From contig NW_021829754.1 in NCBI RefSeq assembly GCF_006345805.1, forward strand, positions 1 through 5,879: a stretch of DNA of 5,879 nucleotides, in the 5' to 3' direction. The first letter of the stretch is position 1. Each line of letters starts with the position of its first letter. Shown here piece by piece: positions 1-5,879 of this stretch. The notes under the pieces are model-generated. The model was given only the letters and a program-made list of their open reading frames with translations. It made no database searches and was not told the DNA's origin. The translations under genes and the position numbers were made by a program. The stretch is from Octopus sinensis (lineage: Eukaryota).

Positions 1-314
1 TTTTAGTCGAGCAAATCGACCCCAGGACTTATTCTTTGTAAGCCTAGTACTTATTCTATCGGTCTCTTTTGCCGAACCGCTAAGTGACGGCGACGTAAAC
101 ACGCCAGCATCGGTTGTCAAGCAATGCCAGGGAGACAAACACAGACACACAAACATAGACTCACACACACACACACACACACACATATAGATATATATAT
201 ATATATACATATATACGACGGGCTTCTTTCAGTTTCCGTCTACCAAATCCACTCACAAGGCTTTGGTCGGCCCGAGGCTATAGTAGAAGACACTTGCCCA
301 AGGTGCCACGCAGT

Positions 315-325
315 GGGATTGAACC
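315..325 (-). promoter_or_regulatory. RNA polymerase III B-box of SINE copy 1
   Basis: GGTTCAATCCC fits the consensus GGTTCRANNCC and lies 32 nt downstream of the A-box, a tRNA-like spacing. Confidence 0.85.
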
Positions 326-357
326 TGGAACCATGTGGTTCATAAGCAAGCTACTTA

Positions 358-368
358 CCACACAGCCA
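358..368 (-). promoter_or_regulatory. RNA polymerase III A-box of SINE copy 1
   Basis: TGGCTGTGTGG fits the consensus TRGCNNARYGG with one mismatch and lies ~10 nt from the element 5' end. Confidence 0.8.
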
Positions 369-378
369 CTCCTACGCC

Positions 379-578
379 TTTATACTTTATTTTTTTTATC
401 TTTTACTTGTTTCAGTCATTAGACTGCGGCCAGGCTGGGGCACCGCCTCGAAGAATTTTCATTCGAATGAATTGACTCTAGGATTTAAATTTTTGAAGCC
501 TGGTACTTATTCTATCAGTCACTTTTACCGAACTGCAAAGTTACGGAGACGTAAAACGGTGGTGGGGGACAAGCAAAG
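379..578 (-). mobile_element. 3' tail of SINE copy 2 (same family), ending in an A-rich terminus
   Basis: It shares blocks with 1-150, for example aagcctggtacttattctatcagtc vs aagcctagtacttattctatcggtc and ccgaactgcaaagttacggagacgtaaa vs ccgaaccgctaagtgacggcgacgtaaa, with a ~20-bp deletion. The minus strand ends AATGACTGAAACAAGTAAAAGATAAAAAAAATAAAGTATAAA. Confidence 0.85.
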
Positions 579-662
579 ACACACACACACACACACACAC
601 ACACATCTCTCTCTCTCACTCTCACTCACTCACTCTCTCTCTCTCTCTCTACACAACACACA

Positions 663-698
<36 letters not shown>
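579..698. repeat. Compound microsatellite (CA)n-(CT)n/(CTCA)n-(CA)n-(TA)n, the internal tract of SINE copy 2
   Basis: Read directly. It occupies the same position relative to the SINE tail as the 160-213 tract in copy 1. Confidence 0.9.
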
Positions 699-700
<2 letters not shown>

Positions 701-888
701 CGGAAAGTTTACGAAAATAAACAAAAGACGAAGGCAGGTGGAGTACAAACAAACAAATGTATTAGTATAGCGCTCAGGAATAGAAAAAGTCTTTTACGTT
801 TCGAGCCTACGCTCTTCGTCAGAAAGATACACAGAAAAAAACAAGGAGAGAAACAAAGAGAGAAAAAAATGCGTGTAGGAGCTAACGA

Positions 889-893
<5 letters not shown>
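699..893 (-). repeat. Direct repeat / pseudo-LTR copy A
   Basis: Runs aacggaaagtttacgaaaat ... gcgtgtaggagctaacgatctat and is near-identical to 920-1108. It carries a private 12-bp duplication (aaacaaggagag/aaacaaagagag, 839-862). Confidence 0.95.
790..827 (-). ncRNA. Minimal type I hammerhead ribozyme, intact catalytic core
   Basis: Minus strand reads UCUUU-CUGACGA-A-GAGC-GUAG-GCUC-GAAA-CG-UA-AAAGA. Stem I is UCUUU/AAAGA (5 bp), the core is CUGANGA, stem II is GAGC/GCUC with a tetraloop, then GAAA, a palindromic ACGU in place of stem III, and a GUA cleavage triplet (predicted cut between 795 and 794). Confidence 0.85.
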
Positions 894-919
<26 letters not shown>

Positions 920-921
<2 letters not shown>

Positions 922-1108
922 CGGGAAGGTTTACGAAAATCAACAAAAGAGGAAGGCAGGTGGAGTACAAACAAACAAATGTATTAGTATGGCGCTCAGG
1001 AATAGAAATAGAAAAAGTCTTTTACGTTTCGAGCCTACGCTTTTCGGCAGAAAGATACACAGAAAGAAACAAGGAGAGAAAAAATGCGTGTAGGAGCTAA
1101 CGGTCTAT
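920..1108 (-). repeat. Direct repeat / pseudo-LTR copy B
   Basis: Runs aacgggaaggtttacgaaaat ... gcgtgtaggagctaacggtctat and is separated from copy A by (TA)n at ~891-920. It carries a private 6-bp duplication (aataga x2, 1001-1012). Confidence 0.95.
1018..1055 (-). ncRNA. Minimal type I hammerhead ribozyme, degenerate copy
   Basis: Minus strand reads UCUUU-CUGCCGA-A-AAGC-GUAG-GCUC-GAAA-CG-UA-AAAGA. It is identical to 790-827 except for core A6->C and a G->A change breaking the first stem II pair. Stem I arms, ACGU and the GUA site are intact. Confidence 0.75.
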
Positions 1109-1210
1109 CATGGCGTTCTGACTTCAGGCAGAAGTCAGAGGTCAGACGTTAGACGCTAGAGGGATAGTAGGGGAGACAACAGGGTCAAGTGACTTCACCC
1201 CAACACGAAG

Positions 1211-1362
1211 GTGCGTGTGTGTATAAGAGAGTATGTATGTGCGTGTGAAAGAGGGCTGGTGGTCTGGACGTGTGTATGTATGTATGTGTGGGTGTGAAGA
1301 TATGGGGATGGGTGTGTGGGTGGTGTGTTGTGATATGATATGTGTATGTGTGTGAAGGTGTA
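1211..1362. repeat. Degenerate (GT)n/(GTAT)n-rich low-complexity tract
   Basis: Read directly: gtgcgtgtgtgt, gtatgtatgt, gtgtgggtgtg and similar. Confidence 0.7.
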
Positions 1363-1580
1363 ACAAAGATGTACTCGCTTTAATTGATTAATGAAAGTAT
1401 CATTGCACAGAAACCGTTTTCGTCAGATGACCGCATAGATTTCACACAGAAAGGACAAACTACTCTAACATATTCGGATCTCCAAATATTTACATTGATT
1501 CTGCTGCTAGATCGACCTAACAAGGTGCCTCAATTTAAGTACCTAATTAAACCTTAATCTTAATTATATATATGTATGTA

Positions 1581-1737
1581 TACGATTGGCTTCTTTCAGT
1601 TTCTCTCAACGAAATTCATTCACAAGGCTTTGGTCAGCCCTAGTTGATAGTAGAAGACACTTGCGCAATGTGCCACTGCAGGGGACTGAACCCGTAACAA
1701 TGTCGTTGGAGAGAAAGGTTCTTACCACACAGCCATG
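1581..1737 (-). mobile_element. 5' head and body of tRNA-derived SINE copy 2 (more diverged)
   Basis: A-box TGGCTGTGTGG (1735-1725) and B-box-like GGTTCAGTCCC (1692-1682). Shares blocks with 214-378: ggcttctttcagtttc, tcacaaggctttggtc, atagtagaagacacttgc, cttaccacacagcca. Confidence 0.88.
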
Positions 1738-2805
1738 AGACAGTAAGGTGTGATTTGGCGTAAATCTGGCCGGTTTTTCGTCAAGATCTAGCTAATCTTC
1801 TAAAGCTCATTAGCTAATCTAGCTAGTCTTGTAAATCTAGCTAGTCTTGTAAAAGTCTTGTATGATCTGAAGACGGACATATTTGATTGCTGTTTCTAAT
1901 AACTCTAGCTACGATGTAGAGATCGTCTGCGCGTTATTTGAAGAGAGACACATCCTGTTGATATTTCCAATAGCTGTAGCTACCATGCAGAGGTCTCCCT
2001 TGATGACTGCTACATACATAAGACAGTAAGATTTGATTGAAAGAGAGATTTGATGGCTATTTCTACCAAGCTCAGCTGGAATGTGGAGTCGTCTGCGCGT
2101 GGTTTGAAGAAGACGAACGTATTCCGTTCCTATTTCTTATAGGTCTACCATGTAAATATTTCGCTTGTTAAGTCATACATACATATATACATTCATAAGA
2201 CAGCAAAGTATGATTTAAAGGGATATTTGGTTGCTATTCATTCCAAATTGAGTTGAAATGTAGAGTCGTCTGCGCGTGATTTTCAGAAGATAGATTTGGT
2301 TGCTATTCGTAATAGGTCTAGCTACCTTGAAGAGGTCTCTCTTCATGACTCCTACATACGTATATATACGTAAGACAATAAAGTGTGAGTCAAAGGGAGA
2401 TTTGGTTGCTATTTCTACCAAAATATCAGTTAAAATATAGAGTCGTCTGCCCGTGATCTTCAGAAGACAGTTTGGTTGCTATTTCTAATTAGGTCTAGCT
2501 ACTTCGTTACTACATACATACATACTTATATACATACTACATACATACATATATATATAAGACTAGCGTTTAATTTGAGAGAGATTTAGCTGCTATTTCT
2601 ACCCAATTTTAGACGCACGTACAGGACACCCTTATTGGCACATACGTACATAGAGACATTCACAAGACAATAAAGGTATAATTCGAGCGGCTTTAGCTGC
2701 TGTTTCTCTCATATTTATTTACCGTGTAGCGGTCTCCTTCATTGGTTTACACATACACATATACATACAAACACAAGACGATGGGGCGTGATTTCATAGA
2801 GATTT
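1736..2805. repeat. Degenerate ~177-bp tandem (satellite/minisatellite-like) array
   Basis: tcgtctgc(g/c)cgt recurs at 1923, 2089, 2266 and 2443 (spacings 166, 177, 177). (t/c)aagac...gattt recurs at 2019, 2196, 2371, 2558, 2663 and 2774. An atttggttgctatttcta-like motif occurs about twice per unit. Confidence 0.85.
1816..1851. repeat. Perfect 18-bp tandem duplication (aatctagctagtcttgta x2) with degenerate flanking copies
   Basis: 1816-1833 equals 1834-1851. Partial copies lie at ~1787-1804 and ~1854-1862. Confidence 0.9.
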
Positions 2806-2811
2806 ATGTCT

Positions 2812-2812
<1 letters not shown>

Positions 2813-2842
<30 letters not shown>
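2813..2842. repeat. (TA)n microsatellite
   Basis: Read directly. Confidence 0.95.
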
Positions 2843-2845
<3 letters not shown>

Positions 2846-3123
2846 TTCTTTACATTCTTCCATTGTATTATGGTCAGTTATGGTCAAGACTGGTCAGTAA
2901 TAATACATTTTCTTCGTTATTGTTATTAGTTGGTGTGAATAGCAGAGATGAGGTAATATTTTTCCCCGGCAGACTGTCGGACGGAGGTCAGGGAGTCGCA
3001 GCGGCGTTAGCGGTGGTGAAGGCGGTGACGTGGGCCCTGGCGGCGGCTACAACGGGGATGGTGGTCACAATAGAGCAGCGTCAATGGTGCTGTTGGTATT
3101 ACTGTACGACAAAAGGCTAGGCG

Positions 3124-3237
3124 ATATGTATGTGTGTATATATGTGTATATATATATATATATGTATGTACTGTATGTATCATCCTAATGGTCATCATAT
3201 TTGGTCGAGCATGCTGTGACATATATACATACATACA

Positions 3238-3268
<31 letters not shown>

Positions 3269-3354
3269 TACATATACACATATTTTTTATACCATATACA
3301 TATAATATATACATATACAATATATACACATATACATATATAAATATATATATA

Positions 3355-3398
<44 letters not shown>

Positions 3399-3526
3399 TA
3401 TACATATACATATATAATATATATATATCCCTATACACATATTATACATATACATATATATATATATATATACATATATATAGGCATTCATATATATATA
3501 TAGTATCTATCTATCTATTACATGTG

Positions 3527-3577
<51 letters not shown>

Positions 3578-3612
3578 CATAAAACATATGAGACACTAGT
3601 CTATCTCATATA

Positions 3613-3672
<60 letters not shown>
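3124..3672. repeat. Interrupted (TA)n/(TACA)n microsatellite field
   Basis: Read directly, with short unique interruptions. Confidence 0.9.
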
Positions 3673-3676
<4 letters not shown>

Positions 3677-3777
3677 CACGTTACGTATGATGGTCTGGGA
3701 GCGGAGCTGGGAAAGTTCGGCAGGCAGCCATATTTGATTGTGATATCTAAACAGTAACATCAAACGCGAAAACCTAA

Positions 3778-3905
3778 TTTCTTTCATTTTCTTTTTTCGT
3801 TTTTTCCCTTCCTTCCTTCCTTCCTTCCTTTGTTCCTTCCATCCTTCATCCTTCCTCCTCCTCCTCCTCTTCGTCTTCCTTCTCTTCTCATTTTTCTTCT
3901 CGTTT
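3778..3905. repeat. Polypyrimidine tract with (TTCC)n, (CCT)n and (CTT)n
   Basis: ccttccttccttccttccttcc, cctcctcctcctcct; almost purine-free on the + strand. Confidence 0.9.
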
Positions 3906-3920
3906 ATCAACTCCCATATC

Positions 3921-3998
3921 GTTACTGTTGTTGTTGTTGTTGTTGCATTTGCGATCGTGGTTGCGTGTGTGGCGGTGCTGTTGGTGGTGGCGCTGTTG
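3921..3998. repeat. (GTT)n and degenerate (GGT/GGC)n trinucleotide repeats
   Basis: tgttgttgttgttgttgttg followed by ggcggtgctgttggtggtggcgctgttg. Confidence 0.8.
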
Positions 3999-4486
3999 TA
4001 TGTATATATATATATATTATATATATATGTATATATTATGTATATATGTATGTTATATATATATATAATGTATATATCTATGTATATATATTTATATATG
4101 TATATATATATGTATATATATATATGTATATATATATATGTTATAATATATGTTATAATATATATTGGATATATATATAGATGTATATATATATAATATA
4201 TGTATATTATATATATGTATATATATATATATATGTAATATATATATATAGTATGTATATATATATGTATAATATATATGTATGTATATATATATATGTT
4301 GTATATGTATTATAATAGTATATTATATGTATATGTATATATATAATATGTTATATAATGTATTATATATATATATGTATGTATATATATATTATATATA
4401 TATATGTATATATATATATCTGTATGTATATATATATATGTATGTATATATAATATGTATATATATTATGTATATATATAGTATAT
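3999..4486. repeat. Interrupted (TA)n/(TATG)n microsatellite field
   Basis: Read directly. Confidence 0.95.
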
Positions 4487-4506
4487 CGTGTTTGTTCCGG
4501 CTGATT

Positions 4507-4635
4507 TTGTTGTTGTTGTTGTTGTGTGTGTGTGTCTGTGCGTCGTTCTCTTTGTTGTGTTCTTATTATAAATAACAATGTTGTGCTTGTTCTCGTTATC
4601 GTCGTGGTCGGCGTTCTTCTTGTTCTTATTAATAT
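4507..4635. repeat. (TTG)n, (TG)n and degenerate GTT/GTC/CTT trinucleotide low-complexity sequence
   Basis: Read directly. Confidence 0.7.
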
Positions 4636-4675
4636 TGTATACGAGCTTCCTAAATGCAGATATAGTCTCAAACAT

Positions 4676-5180
4676 TATATATATATATGTGTATATATAT
4701 ATATATGTGTGTGTGTATATATATATATGTGTGTATATATATATGTATGCGTATATATATGTATATATATATGTATGTAGGTATATATATATATGTGTGT
4801 ATGTATATATATATATGTGTATCTATATATATATGTGTACGTATATATATGAGTGTATATATATATGTGTATATATATATGTGTGTATATAAGCATGTAT
4901 CAACATGTAGACATACGTAAATGTATGTGTCTGTGTGTATACATATGTGTGTGTTTTTATATATATATATATATATATATATACCATTATGCATGTGTAG
5001 TCGTGTGTGTATATATGTATATGTATGCACATGGATGTTCATATCCATATATATATATATATATATAGATATTATATATATACGTGTGTGTGTGTATGTA
5101 TAACGATGTATAAGTTTGTGCAAATACATATGCTCGTGTGTGTGTGTGTGTGTATGTGTGTGTCTTTCTACCTGAGTATG

Positions 5181-5226
<46 letters not shown>
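4676..5226. repeat. Compound (TA)n/(TG)n microsatellite field ending in pure (TG)n
   Basis: Read directly; pure (TG)n at ~5188-5226. Confidence 0.95.
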
Positions 5227-5229
<3 letters not shown>

Positions 5230-5332
5230 GAGAGAGTAATTATCGAAAGTGTCCATAGTAAAAACGACGATAACATTGAAAAACTTCCTCCCGTTTTTTG
5301 CTTTGTATTTTCGCTTATTCTTCGCCGCTGCC

Positions 5333-5433
5333 ACGATGACGATGACGGCAACTAGCGATGACGACGACGACAGCTAACGATGACGACGACGACGATCATA
5401 ACGACAATTATGATGATGACGATGATAATGATG
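5333..5433. repeat. Degenerate (GAC/GAT)n trinucleotide repeat
   Basis: gatgacgatgacg...gacgacgacgac...gatgatgacgatgataatgatg. Confidence 0.85.
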
Positions 5434-5498
5434 TGAAGAATATGATCTGAACTTTTTTCACTTTTCGCAGTAGCTAAACAAACCGTCACACATATATG

Positions 5499-5587
5499 TA
5501 TCTATCTATCTTCTATCTATCTAGCTAGCTATCTCTATATATCTATCTATCCCTATCTGCCTCTCTGTAGCACTGTGTGTCTGTCTG

Positions 5588-5645
<58 letters not shown>

Positions 5646-5737
5646 CGTCTGCTTGTCTGTCTATCTATCTAGCTAGCTAGCTAGATATGTATGTATGTAT
5701 GTATGTATGTATCTATCCATCTGTCTATCTATCTATC

Positions 5738-5783
<46 letters not shown>

Positions 5784-5827
5784 CTACTATCTATCTATCT
5801 ATCTATCTCTGTATCTATCTATCTATC
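5499..5827. repeat. (CTAT)n [GATA-type] tetranucleotide array with (CTGT)n, (CTAG)n and (GTAT)n variant blocks
   Basis: Read directly. Confidence 0.95.
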
Positions 5828-5879
5828 AACATATCTGTCTCTCAGTGAATCACTTTATCTATCGACCCACTTCCCTCTC

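Larger units (their letters stand above)
1..378 (-). mobile_element. tRNA-derived SINE copy 1 (octopus-type: tRNA head, body, internal microsatellite, 3' tail), 3' end outside the window
   Basis: The minus strand begins GGCGTAGGAGTGGCTGTGTGGTAAG at 378, with A-box TGGCTGTGTGG (368-358) and B-box GGTTCAATCCC (325-315). Head and body (214-378) align with 1581-1737, and the tail (1-~150) aligns with ~455-585. An internal (CA)n/(TA)n tract lies at ~160-213. Confidence 0.9.
699..1366 (-). mobile_element. Penelope-like element 3' fragment or non-autonomous derivative with two tandem hammerhead-containing pseudo-LTRs
   Basis: Two direct repeats each contain a minimal hammerhead motif and end in (TA)n on the minus strand. 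The right copy extends into extra sequence (1109-~1366), giving the partial-tandem layout typical of Penelope-like elements. No RT or GIY-YIG coding remnant was recognised, and the right boundary is uncertain (it could reach ~1560). Confidence 0.7.

Noticed and set aside
305-378. Possible tRNA gene (A and B boxes)
   Set aside because: It continues into a SINE body that recurs at 1581-1737, and I could not build a convincing full cloverleaf. Best read as a SINE head.
699-1108. Direct repeats as true LTRs of an LTR retrotransposon or TRIM
   Set aside because: There are no TG...CA termini and no primer-binding site or internal domain; only (TA)n separates the copies. The hammerhead motif points to Penelope-type pseudo-LTRs instead.
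124-1366. ORFs 124-345, 472-720, 869-1093 and 1142-1366
   Set aside because: They run through SINE, pseudo-LTR and microsatellite sequence, and no RT or endonuclease motifs were seen.
1395-1431. Third CUGACGA hammerhead-like box on the minus strand (1426-1420) followed by a small AAAC-G-GUUU stem
   Set aside because: There is no downstream GAAA box or matching stem I/cleavage site, so it is likely a chance heptamer.
2215-2421. 68-aa minus-strand ORF with complex-looking sequence
   Set aside because: It lies entirely in the 177-bp array and its peptide repeats (NSNQI twice) mirror the DNA repeat.
1900-2500. Regularly spaced tcgtctgcgcgt motifs resembling a CRISPR array
   Set aside because: The intervening sequences are homologous to one another, the period is ~177 bp, the context is eukaryotic and no cas genes are present. 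It is a tandem repeat.
3134-5351. Many overlapping ORFs, including the 227-aa ORF 4668-5351 (-)
   Set aside because: Their YI/HT/CV-repeat translations arise from stop-free (TA)n, (CA)n and (TG)n tracts in several frames on both strands, and no domain is recognisable.
5333-5433. Poly-Asp (+) or poly-Ser (-) coding stretch
   Set aside because: It is a degenerate trinucleotide microsatellite with no supporting splice signals or flanking coding sequence.

Overview
Non-coding, microsatellite-saturated animal genomic DNA, most likely from an octopus or other cephalopod (inferred from the remembered architecture of the tRNA-derived SINEs, not from a database search). No credible protein-coding gene is present; the supplied ORFs are mostly translations of (TA)n/(CA)n/(TG)n tracts. 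The first 1.75 kb is a nested cluster of minus-strand retroelements. One tRNA-derived SINE (1-378) runs off the window edge. A second copy of the same SINE appears split into a tail (379-578) and a head (1581-1737) by an insertion in its internal microsatellite. That insertion contains two ~190-bp direct repeats (699-893, 920-1108) bounded by (TA)n, and each carries a minimal type I hammerhead ribozyme motif on the minus strand. The copy at 790-827 has an intact core and the copy at 1018-1055 has two substitutions. This matches the pseudo-LTR of a Penelope-like element or a non-autonomous retrozyme-like derivative, and it is the main finding. A degenerate ~177-bp tandem repeat with internal dimeric structure follows (~1736-2805). 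The rest is mostly simple repeats with short unique islands.
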